The notes under the pieces were generated by a model, which did no database searches, was not told the DNA's origin, and saw only the letters and a list, made by a program, of their open reading frames with translations. From Kiritimatiellia bacterium (GTDB lineage: Bacteria > Verrucomicrobiota > Kiritimatiellia > JAAZAB01): a DNA stretch of 64,000 nucleotides. The stretch covers positions 128,001 through 192,000 of the forward strand of contig JAXGPF010000009.1 in assembly GCA_040767085.1 (NCBI GenBank), written 5' to 3'. Positions 29,657 through 38,467 of the stretch are shown here, piece by piece (positions within the stretch are counted from its first letter, which is position 1; every line of letters begins with the position of its first letter). Made by a program: the position numbers and the translations under genes.

Positions 29657-30653
29657 CATATCGCGATAAAGAAAAGAAACGGTACATCAGCATAAAATCA
29701 GAATTGTTTTCCCTGGAAGCATGTATTCATGGAACATATAACGGGGAAAAATATGGTTTTTGCCTGGCCGATAATCTGTCGGCAGAAAATTTGTTTGTTG
29801 GAATTCGAGATAAAGCGATTGAGTATTTCAGGAAAAGAAATATCCCCTGGCATGATGGGAAAAACCAACGATCGCTGCCAAGCAACCATTTGTGTTGATC
29901 TCAGTCCGCCTGCGTGAATATTTTGTTTCCATACATGGATCAGCCCGCGGCATTCTTACAACTACTCAATGCTCTCGGATACGACGCCAAAGAAACGCTC
30001 CCCCTTCTTGGTGACTTGGAGTCATCGAGCGGCTTCACTGGTTTTGAATGGATTGGCCAAAGGAATTACCTACAAGAATTATCCCGCGGGAAAATGGCTA
30101 ATGACAACCAAAGGAGCCGGGGACAAAATTTCACCAGCGCCGACTTTGTAATTCGGTTTCGCCAAAACAATGAAAAAGTCCATTTGATATTCGGCGAATG
30201 GAAACACACTGAATATTACGCGGCCAATCAATCCATTCAACATTCAAAAGCAGGGCGAGACAGAGCCACGATCTATGGATCGTATATTGAAAAACACCTG
30301 CCCATGGTAAAAAAAACTATATAATCCCGGCAGCTTCACTGTTCTTCGATCCGTTTGATCAGTTGATGAGACTACAATTACTGGCAGCGGAAGCTGAGAC
30401 CGCCAAAGAAATGGATGCCGACATTGTGTCGGTCATGCATGTGGCACCCAGGATGAATAAAGATCTCATGACGAGAATCACCTCTCCGGGGTTGAAATCG
30501 CTGGGCAACAACATTCATGAAATTTGGAAAATATTAACGATGCCAGGTAAGTTCAACGGCGTTTACCTTGAGGATCTGATCCCGAGAATCAAACATTCAA
30601 CACGGAACCAGGAGTGGGCCAAATATCTCAGCGTCCGTTATGGCGGAAGCTGA
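29653..30653 (+). pseudogene. PGN_0703-like PD-(D/E)XK nuclease with an in-frame TGA (29896-29898) and a frameshift in an A8 tract (~30309-30316)
   Basis: SNHLC*SQSACVNIL...TSADF...GEWKHTE, then FFDPFDQLMRLQLLA in another frame; motif order parallels 7726-8763. Confidence 0.7.
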
Positions 30654-30841
30654 GTTCCCCTACTCCGTGCTAAAAGTGTGTTGGTGGTTGTGTTGGATTT
30701 AGAACGTTCTGTAAAGCCATGTCAATCAGTGAGAAGTCGCCAACTAAATCTTTTGTAATTATCTTTCTTTTATGGAGTTACACACCCGCCAAACGGCGTT
30801 TTTCAAACATGCGAAAACAGCAAACTACCCCATTTTTACGT

Positions 30842-30886
30842 TTCGGGTCCAAAAGGTCGTGGGTTCAAATCCCACCGCCCCGACCA
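30842..30886 (+). tRNA. 3' half of tRNA-Pro(CGG): att-site duplication, not an intact tRNA
   Basis: TT-CGG-GT anticodon loop, GGTC variable loop, GTGGG-TTCAAAT-CCCAC T-arm and CGCCCCG-ACCA end; no acceptor 5' strand or D-arm upstream. Confidence 0.85.
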
Positions 30887-31000
30887 TACTTCGCTCGGAG
30901 CGGAGCGATGAGCGAAGTATGCCCTACGTAGCACGGCGCCGCGCCGGGCGAAGTAGGGCCGGCTTGATGAACCCCGCTCCGAGCTACGTATGGCAAGCCA
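30886..31000 (+). repeat. Multi-hairpin REP-like / structured leader of the GIY-YIG gene
   Basis: ATACTTCGCTC...GAGCGAAGTAT (11-bp IR); GCCCTAC...GTAGGGC; downstream GCTACGTATGGCA is nearly complementary to TGCCCTACGTAGC. Confidence 0.6.
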
Positions 31001-31013
31001 GCCTTCGAGAACC

Positions 31014-31256
31014 ATGCACCATGTTTACCTGCTCAGGAGTCTGACCGAGCCCAAACAGACTTACATCGGCCTGACGGACGACATGCGGGCACGGCTGAAG
31101 AGCCACAACGAGGGCGCCAACTTCCACTCCGCCAAGTATCGTCCCTGGGAACTGGTCTGCTGCATTTCCTTCCAGTCGAGGGAACGATCCGCGGAGTTCG
31201 AGAAATACCTGAAGGTGGGCTCAGGCCATGCATTCGCCCACCGGCATCTCTGGTGA
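31014..31256 (+). CDS. Small stand-alone GIY-YIG endonuclease
   Basis: HVYLLRS...TYIGLTDD...RLKSHNEG...KYRPWEL...FEKYLK.GSG. Confidence 0.92.
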   Translation: MHHVYLLRSLTEPKQTYIGLTDDMRARLKSHNEGANFHSAKYRPWELVCCISFQSRERSAEFEKYLKVGSGHAFAHRHLW

Positions 31257-31356
31257 GCCTGGCCGCCCGATCGGTTCAATGCCACCCTTCGTTTCCTGCG
31301 CGACCTTTTGTTTAATCCGGATTTTCCGCTTTCGAGATCTTTGCGATCTCTTGCGG

Positions 31357-34329
31357 TTAATTTATCCGTGCGGATTGCCGGCCGGCGCTAACCGGCAGCA
31401 AGACGCCGTCACGCAACTGCGGCAATGCGGAATCCGCCTGGATGCGCTTGCCCGAACTCCGATCGTACAGGCCGAAATACAGCCGTATTTTCCCGTCCGG
31501 CACATCAGGCGGCACAGCCATTTCGCGCTTATACATGAATACCGCCTTGTCGCTTTGGTTCCGCACAACCCAGCCGGGACAATGTTCCAGCAAAACGTGG
31601 TCATCCTGCAACAGGATCTGATCCTGCTCATCCAAAAAATGCACAAAAACCATGCACCTGTTTTTGTCGATATCCGGGGGACACGTCCAGTAATACGCCA
31701 GTGCGGCCCGTCCGCCGGGGCGTAGTTCAATCTCGCCTCCGCCCAACCCCAGGAATTCGACGCCATTGCCGAATCGCACCGCGGCGGGCAGGCCCGGTTC
31801 GGTCATGGCGCGGATTTCAGCCCTCAAGTCCTGCGCCGCCTGCGTTTCCCCGCATTGCGCGAACAAATCCGCCAGGAGCCGCTGGGCCGGGTGGTTATAG
31901 TTGCCGGGATATTCGTTGATCGCCGTTTTCAGCATGGCTTCCGTAAGGGCATCCGCGCGCCCGGCTTGCAACCGGCGTTCCGCCCGGCGCAGGAGGTTAT
32001 TCCAATACTCGATGTTTTCATCATCGCGCAAGACCAGGCTGAAGCCGGTCCAAAACAATCCGGCCGCTTCCGGATGGTCCCCTATCCCTTCATTTTCCGC
32101 GACCTGGAAAATCACCCATGGCGGGACTGCATGTTCGACGCAGGGGACATATCGGCTGCGCAAGGCATGGCGGGACAAAGCCGCGTCTTCCTGGCGCACG
32201 GCAAAGGCCGTCCGGCAATCAACGCGCACGCGCCCGATCTCATCCCGCGGCTGGGGCTGGACATAAGAATCGCGCGGCGTCCGGATGGCGCCGGACGACA
32301 ACACCGCGAGCTTGTTGGCGGCATACCGGTCGCAGTAAAGGGTTTTGACGCCGAGCGCGGTTAATTTTCCGCAAAGCGCCGGCGCCGCTTCCCGCTCATC
32401 CGGCCGCGGCGTGCCGGGCGCAAACAATTGTAAAAGCCGCGCCGACCACCACCAATCCGGGCGTTCGGGATAATTGCTGATGCGGATTTTTTTCAGATTG
32501 ACCGCCGGCAGGAAAACCTCGAACCGGTAATGATCACCGCCGTAAAACAACCGGTTGCCCGACCAATAATAATGTTTAAAGCCTGTCAGCGGGACCAATT
32601 CCCGCCATTCACTTTGGCCATCCGCCTGCCCTTCAATCCGCCAGCGGCCCGGGTATTCCTCCCGTTGCAAGGCATACAGCCGCAGCATGGCAACCGGCTG
32701 ATTCGTTCGAAACGACACTTCCAGCCAATCCGGCGCTTCTTTTTCCCGGGACCGCCAGGAATGGTTGATCCAGGCATTCGTCACCAGGAACCGGACATCC
32801 CTGCCATGAGCATCGACAGCGTATTCGATATCGGCCGGGGCGATCGGAGCAAGGTTGCGCGCCGGCGCTTGCAAGTCGTAATGCGCGGGGAAGCCTGAGA
32901 CTTCCGCGAATCGGCCCTGGCCGCCCCAACGATCGAAAAAGAGGGATGGCTCATCGTAATTGCCCAGGATACAGACATCGTCGGCCGCTTCAATGCGCGC
33001 GGCGTAAGGTGGATATCGTTCGCGGTCAATATCCGCCACCAGGATTTTTTCCGCGAGCGCGAAATTCAATCCATGACAGGCGTATTCCGCCAGCAGGTTG
33101 GTCCGGCCGGACGGCAATGCCGCATGCAACAACATTTGGCAACGCGACATGTAAGCCGTATCTTTGCGCAGGCCGGCGCGCGCCCAGGCCAGGCTGCCGG
33201 ATTGCGATGCCGCCAGCAGGATTGTCAGCAAGACGGCGCCGGCCGGGCAACGCCGCGCCAGGCGCGACATGGCCGCGCCGAAAATCACGCCGAACGCGGG
33301 CACGAGCGGCAGGAGGTACCGCGAAGCGCCTGAGATCAACGCGAAATGCGATGTGCTGAATAAGACTGCCGAAAAAAGGATAAAAAGGCCGATGGCCAGG
33401 TGGTAAACCGCCTGGTCCCGGCCGGCGCGCCGCAGGCGGATTGCGCAACCGGCATAAACCAGCAGGGCCAAGACGAGGCCGCAGAAATATATCTGTAAAA
33501 TCCAGCCAGGGGCGTTGATATCCAGCAGACTGATCAGCCTTTTGGAAAAAAACAGCCTCAAGCCATGTGTCACCGGCACACTGCCAAACGAACCGGCAAA
33601 CGAAAAAGTCGGCCAGCCATGGCGCCAGTTATAAATCCAGAAAGGCGCGCTGCCCGCCAGGAAAGCCAGGAAGGCGTAAACGGTCTTCAGGGAGAAAAGC
33701 CGGAACCGCAACGTCAACGCCATCAACACCGCCGCGGCCAGCAAGGCCGATAGAATCAACTGATTGGTCCACCACCCCAGCCCGGCAGACAGGCCCAGGA
33801 CAATGAATTCCGATGTCCGGATAGTTTGCGATTGCCGGAAACGCTGAACCATCCGGGCGCTCAGCCACAGGCATAATGCGCTGAACAGCAAAGTTGCCGC
33901 GTAACCGCCCCGGGGCGAGTGATTATAATGGAAAAAACCCTGCGGCCCGATCAGGCAGAACGCCATGGCGAACAAGCCGGCGGTTTTGTCGCAGGCATCG
34001 CGCGCCCAGCAATACAGCACCGGCAGCAGCAGGAAGGCAACCAGGGCCGTGCCCAGTGAGACGGCCAATCCGGTAGGGCCAAGCAATAAGCAAAACAACG
34101 CGCTGACTGTCGGCTCGAAACTGCCCATGTATGGCTGGCCGTAAAAAAAAACCGGCCACTCGCGTCCTTCGGCAATATGCCTGGCCATCAAGGCCGCGAT
34201 ACCGGCATCCGGGGCGAAATGGTGTTGCATGCACCAGGCGCCGTACAAGCGGAGCACGCCGCCTGTCACCAGCATCAGGAGCAGCCATCCGGAATCAGGC
34301 ACAAAGCGCTTACACTTTTCCCGGGACAT
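31357..34329 (-). CDS. GT-C fold (GT39/ArnT-like) membrane glycosyltransferase with a long periplasmic C-terminus
   Basis: PDAGIAALMA.HI..G.EWPVFFYGQPYMG, many TM helices and RYLLP; soluble C-terminal region. Confidence 0.8.
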   Translation of the reverse strand: MSREKCKRFVPDSGWLLLMLVTGGVLRLYGAWCMQHHFAPDAGIAALMARHIAEGREWPVFFYGQPYMGSFEPTVSALFCLLLGPTGLAVSLGTALVAFLLLPVLYCWARDACDKTAGLFAMAFCLIGPQGFFHYNHSPRGGYAATLLFSALCLWLSARMVQRFRQSQTIRTSEFIVLGLSAGLGWWTNQLILSALLAAAVLMALTLRFRLFSLKTVYAFLAFLAGSAPFWIYNWRHGWPTFSFAGSFGSVPVTHGLRLFFSKRLISLLDINAPGWILQIYFCGLVLALLVYAGCAIRLRRAGRDQAVYHLAIGLFILFSAVLFSTSHFALISGASRYLLPLVPAFGVIFGAAMSRLARRCPAGAVLLTILLAASQSGSLAWARAGLRKDTAYMSRCQMLLHAALPSGRTNLLAEYACHGLNFALAEKILVADIDRERYPPYAARIEAADDVCILGNYDEPSLFFDRWGGQGRFAEVSGFPAHYDLQAPARNLAPIAPADIEYAVDAHGRDVRFLVTNAWINHSWRSREKEAPDWLEVSFRTNQPVAMLRLYALQREEYPGRWRIEGQADGQSEWRELVPLTGFKHYYWSGNRLFYGGDHYRFEVFLPAVNLKKIRISNYPERPDWWWSARLLQLFAPGTPRPDEREAAPALCGKLTALGVKTLYCDRYAANKLAVLSSGAIRTPRDSYVQPQPRDEIGRVRVDCRTAFAVRQEDAALSRHALRSRYVPCVEHAVPPWVIFQVAENEGIGDHPEAAGLFWTGFSLVLRDDENIEYWNNLLRRAERRLQAGRADALTEAMLKTAINEYPGNYNHPAQRLLADLFAQCGETQAAQDLRAEIRAMTEPGLPAAVRFGNGVEFLGLGGGEIELRPGGRAALAYYWTCPPDIDKNRCMVFVHFLDEQDQILLQDDHVLLEHCPGWVVRNQSDKAVFMYKREMAVPPDVPDGKIRLYFGLYDRSSGKRIQADSALPQLRDGVLLPVSAGRQSARIN

Positions 34330-34471
34330 GTTACCTCCCCGCATATGCTGGGGGAGAGATAACTGTTTTACCCGGAAATGTCAACCATGCAACGCGGGGG
34401 CCCGCATTCGGATGGCAAATTAATCACCTGCGGGAACCGGACCGGATAAATTAACCAAAGATAACAAAACG

Positions 34472-34560
34472 GTAGGGCGGCCAGGCCCTGGGCCGCAATA
34501 CTCTGCCCCTTTGCCCCTCTGCTCCTTTGAGCCTTTATTCCTCTGCCCCTTTGCCCCTCC
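34472..34560. repeat. GTAG-type palindrome plus degenerate 8-bp tandem repeats
   Basis: GTAGGGCGGCC...GGCCGC followed by (C)CTCTGCCC/CTTTGCCC units. Confidence 0.5.
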
Positions 34561-34575
34561 TCTAAATTCCCCGTT

Positions 34576-36078
34576 TCACCGGAACGAAAACACCGTCCCG
34601 TCGCGCAAGCCTTCAAACGCGCCCATATCCACGATGCGCTGGCGGATGCGCGGGTTGCCGTCCAGGTCCAGTGCGCCGGCCATCCAAAGCTGGTTTAAGC
34701 CCGCATTGATGCATGGGGAACGCGATTGCAGCCGGTAATCGCCGGCTTCAAAATCCGCGAAGAGCGGATCATCCTCGATATTGCCCGTGCCGTAGTCGGC
34801 CACGGAGGGCGCCGTGCAGGTGTTGGTAAAGAAACCGGCCGTATACGTCCAATTCGAGCCGCTGATGCCGGCGGTGTTCAAATACACGATGGAATTTTCC
34901 ACCAGCCCTCCGCCCAAGTACACGCCCCCGCCGTTGGTCACCACCGCATTGGAGACGATGGTGGAACTGCGCACCACGGCGGCGGTATTGGTCTGCCAGA
35001 CGCCTCCGCCCTGGTTACCCGCGTTGTTGCCGGCCAGCAGGCAGCCGATGACGGCGCTATTGTGGTAAATCCCGCCGCCATTGCGCATGGCGTAATTGGC
35101 CATCAGCCGGCAATTGACAATCTGGCTGTTGGTCGCGGTATTGTAAATGCCGCCGCCGTCGCCGTTCGAGTGCGTGCGGTTGGAAACGACCGTACAATCC
35201 GCAATGACGGCATTGTTTAAATAAATCCCAGCCCCGAGAAAGGCCGCATTGCTGGACACAATGCAATTCGTGACAATCCAATCCGGCGCGGCGCTATCGG
35301 CTTTCACCCCGCCGCCGCGGCCAGCCGTGGAATTATTGCTGAACACACATCCGGAAAGAATATTCGAATGGGACGAACTATTGGCCCGAAACCCGCCGCC
35401 GCCAAAGGCGGCCGACCCGATGTTCGCGCGATTCCCGATGAAACGGCAATCCACGACCACGGACCCGGGTAAACTCAAATCCAGGCCGCCGCCGCCCCAG
35501 CCGGCCACGTTGCCGATGAAGGTGCAATTGGATACAAGCGCCGGAATCTTGCCGGCGCCGCCGGTTTGATCATAATAGGCCAGTCCGCCGCCGCCTTGCG
35601 CGCTGACGCAATTGACGAACACGCAATTTTTGACGGCATTGCCCGGTGAATTCGGGTGAATATAACATCCCCCCCCGTAGTTGGCGGAATTGCAGTTGGA
35701 AATCGTCAGCCCGTCCAAAACCACGCGGTGCCCGTCGAATCCAGGAAATGTGCCCTGGCCGTCAATGATCGTCTGCTCCGCCCCGCCGGCGCCGACAAAT
35801 TGCATTAATCCTTTATTGGGAACAACCAGTGTTCCAGTGATCGAGTGCGTGCCATTGGAGATATACACGGTAGAATCGTTGGTAAGGATGGAGACGGCGT
35901 AATTGAGCGTCTGCCAGGCGGTGCCCCAAGTGGCGCCGTCAGCCGCGTCGCTGCCGTTAGTGGCCACGTAATAAGTCGCGGCCGATGCCGACTGGCAAAG
36001 CATTCCGGCCAACCAGGAGATCAACAAGGCGCCGCGCAAACGCGCCGCCTGCCGCATTATAATTCCGGATTTAATCAT
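34576..36078 (-). CDS. Secreted right-handed beta-helix protein (choice-of-anchor-Q-like C-terminus) ending GTVFSFR
   Basis: Signal peptide, YYVATNGSD, repeated N.A..GGG, and DYRLQSRSPCINAG...DLDGNPRI...VDMGAFE. Confidence 0.85.
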   Translation of the reverse strand: MIKSGIIMRQAARLRGALLISWLAGMLCQSASAATYYVATNGSDAADGATWGTAWQTLNYAVSILTNDSTVYISNGTHSITGTLVVPNKGLMQFVGAGGAEQTIIDGQGTFPGFDGHRVVLDGLTISNCNSANYGGGCYIHPNSPGNAVKNCVFVNCVSAQGGGGLAYYDQTGGAGKIPALVSNCTFIGNVAGWGGGGLDLSLPGSVVVDCRFIGNRANIGSAAFGGGGFRANSSSHSNILSGCVFSNNSTAGRGGGVKADSAAPDWIVTNCIVSSNAAFLGAGIYLNNAVIADCTVVSNRTHSNGDGGGIYNTATNSQIVNCRLMANYAMRNGGGIYHNSAVIGCLLAGNNAGNQGGGVWQTNTAAVVRSSTIVSNAVVTNGGGVYLGGGLVENSIVYLNTAGISGSNWTYTAGFFTNTCTAPSVADYGTGNIEDDPLFADFEAGDYRLQSRSPCINAGLNQLWMAGALDLDGNPRIRQRIVDMGAFEGLRDGTVFSFR

Positions 36079-36288
36079 GATGCCTGCCCTTTCTGTTAAT
36101 TACATGTTTCTCTGAGTTAATTAATAATCATACCACATTTTTGTTACACAACAAGGCCTACGGCGCCGTTACACTGCTTTTGCAGCTACTGCCATTCTGC
36201 TCTGTAGCGGTCCGGCTTTGCCGGACATCCCGGATTCCGCCATGCACCACATCCCGCTTCGTCAGACTACGCAGGACGCGCAGCAGCG

Positions 36289-36368
36289 CTTTGGAGTGCG
36301 GGGGGGGGGGGGGGGCGGCCCCCCCAGCTTGACAAACCAAAGCGGCGTCAAGCCGCCGCACTCCATAA
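36289..36368. repeat. REP-like palindrome (GGAGTGCG...CGCACTCC type), left arm corrupted to poly-G
   Basis: TTTGGAGTGCG(G)n ... CAAAGCGGCGTCAAGCCGCCGCACTCCA. Confidence 0.6.
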
Positions 36369-36373
36369 ATCGC

Positions 36374-38467
36374 TCATATAAATCGCCTGGCCTCGAATTG
36401 CAGTTCGCTTTTGAAAATGAACCGGCGGTCCGGCGGTGGCAGCCCGCGGCCGCGTCTGTAGGCACAGCATATCTCATCAAATTTACCGGTCAGCCGCCGC
36501 AGATCCTTGTCGTAGGAAGCCAGGCGGTCGAGATGAAACTGTTTCAGCCCGGGCGTGCCCATGCCGGCAGCCCGCCACGCCGCCGCAATGCGCCGGCGCA
36601 GCGGCGGCAAGTCGGCGCGCAAGGCGTCAAGATTGCCGCGGATGCGCCCTAAATCGCGCAGGACGCCCGGGAGGTCCGGCGGCCCCATTTTTTCAAACTG
36701 CCAGTGATTAAAATGCTGGCGGCGATAGGCCTGGCGGTAAAGCTCGCGGCATTCCTCAATGAGCAAGACCCGCCGGGCAAACGTTTCAAACCGGTCGGCC
36801 GCCAGCCGCAGGCATTCTACAAAATGCCGGTTGCGCGCCACGCGCCCTTCCCATTGCGCCAGCACGTCCCGGGCGCGCCGGGTCAGCGGGAGGATGGCGT
36901 TAATCCGGGCAAGGACTTCCGCGCGGCTGAGACGGTCCAAGGCCAGGTCTTCGACGTCAAACATCAGGCTGACCGTGTCAAAGCGGTAGGGAAATCCGCC
37001 GCCATTGTCGAACACGTTGCACCGGCCCAGGTCCATGGCGGCGCGCGCGATGGCATCCGTGCCGGCGCCCAGGAACACCCGGTCGAATTGCGCCAGGAAA
37101 GCGCGGCGGCCAGCGGCGCGGGGGTTCCATGCCAGGCCGGCATGGCGCCAGACTCCCAGCCAGGACTGTGCCGTCCATGAACAATTGAAATTCCAGACGC
37201 AGGCGGTATGCGCCACGGTCCGCCGCCCGAGGGCCGGATCGCTATCCAGCAGGCGCGCGAACTCCTCGACATTCGCCAGCCGGTATTCATACGCGGGCAA
37301 CACGTTTTCCATCGTATGCACCGCCGAATACAGATGCAGCCGGCGGGCCGGCGCCCGGCGCGCGATTTCGCGGAAGCCCGGCGCGCCCATGCCGGGCGCG
37401 TAAAACCAGTAGGCCAGCTCGATGTCCGGGTCCAGCAGGTCCAGCGCCTGCCAGCGCGGGGATTGCGCCGGGGCGGCATGGAAGAAATCGGTCCAGACAA
37501 ACGGCTGTTTGCCGAGTTTTTTCAGGATACGGCAGACCATGTTGACGTGCCTGGCCCAACTCTTTTCCACGCCTAGTTTGCGGCAGGCGGGGCATGCCCC
37601 GAGCATTTCCACCTCGTCGCAGCCCGGCGAAAACCGGCGGGCGGGAAAAAGCTCGCACAGTTCCCGCAGGACTTTTTCGAGAAACTGCCCGGCCCGGGGA
37701 TTGCTGGGGCAAAAGTTCGTGCCTCTGCCGGCTTCGGACAAGTCCGCATGATGCCGGCCCATGACCGGCGACCAGTGTCCGAAGCAATTGAATGCCGGCA
37801 CGATTTCCACAAATCTTTCCCTGGCATAATTTACCAAGGCGCGCATGTCCGCTTTCGTCATAGCGCCGCGCGGCGCCAGTTCCGGGCAACTTTCCAGGCG
37901 CACCGAGGAAAACTCGTCGTAGTAAACCAGCGTGTTCAGCTTGCACTCGCTCATGCATTCGATCACCGACTCCAGGTAATCGCGCCGGATATGCGTGCCC
38001 GCCCGGGCCCATTGCCGGCAATCCAGCAGGATTGACCGCACCGGCGCCTGCGGCCAGTCATGGATCAAGACGCATGGCCAGGTTGTTTTCGCCGCCGAAT
38101 GCCGCGCCAGTTGGGTCAGGGTCCGTCCCGCATAAAACGCTCCGGCCGGCCCATTCGCGGCAACCGCAATGCCGTCGGGACTGATATCCAGCGCATACGC
38201 CTCGGCGCCTTTGCCGGCAATTGCCCGCGCCAAGTGCGCCTGGCGCTGCTGGCAGCGCTTTGCACCGGCACCGGCCGGGCTTGGAACGAATTGGACTTGA
38301 GCGCCATCCGCCCCTGCGAATCCGGCGAGTATTTGCTCCAGGCCGGCGGCGCCGGCCAAACGCGCGGCACGCCCGCCCGCCGCATCAACCAGTGTGAATG
38401 CGCGGCCACCGAAGTTGCCGGCCCGGCGCCGGACAATTTGCGGGGTTGGGATCAGGGCCGGCTTCAT
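36374..38467 (-). CDS. GH20-family beta-N-acetylhexosaminidase-like protein
   Basis: LIPTPQ, EAYAL.I, I.DWP...R..LLD, EIVPAFNCFGH and PGCDEV (catalytic DE). Confidence 0.85.
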   Translation of the reverse strand: MKPALIPTPQIVRRRAGNFGGRAFTLVDAAGGRAARLAGAAGLEQILAGFAGADGAQVQFVPSPAGAGAKRCQQRQAHLARAIAGKGAEAYALDISPDGIAVAANGPAGAFYAGRTLTQLARHSAAKTTWPCVLIHDWPQAPVRSILLDCRQWARAGTHIRRDYLESVIECMSECKLNTLVYYDEFSSVRLESCPELAPRGAMTKADMRALVNYARERFVEIVPAFNCFGHWSPVMGRHHADLSEAGRGTNFCPSNPRAGQFLEKVLRELCELFPARRFSPGCDEVEMLGACPACRKLGVEKSWARHVNMVCRILKKLGKQPFVWTDFFHAAPAQSPRWQALDLLDPDIELAYWFYAPGMGAPGFREIARRAPARRLHLYSAVHTMENVLPAYEYRLANVEEFARLLDSDPALGRRTVAHTACVWNFNCSWTAQSWLGVWRHAGLAWNPRAAGRRAFLAQFDRVFLGAGTDAIARAAMDLGRCNVFDNGGGFPYRFDTVSLMFDVEDLALDRLSRAEVLARINAILPLTRRARDVLAQWEGRVARNRHFVECLRLAADRFETFARRVLLIEECRELYRQAYRRQHFNHWQFEKMGPPDLPGVLRDLGRIRGNLDALRADLPPLRRRIAAAWRAAGMGTPGLKQFHLDRLASYDKDLRRLTGKFDEICCAYRRGRGLPPPDRRFIFKSELQFEARRFI

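Noticed and set aside
30719-31044. ORFs spanning the tRNA fragment; intact tRNA gene
   Set aside because: The ORFs cross the att site and hairpins; the tRNA lacks its 5' half.
34500-34560. CRISPR-like array
   Set aside because: Only short degenerate tandem units, with no spacers and no cas genes anywhere in the window.
36300-36316. Poly-G phase-variation tract
   Set aside because: Intergenic and sits where the left arm of a strong palindrome is expected; more likely a sequencing artefact or decay.
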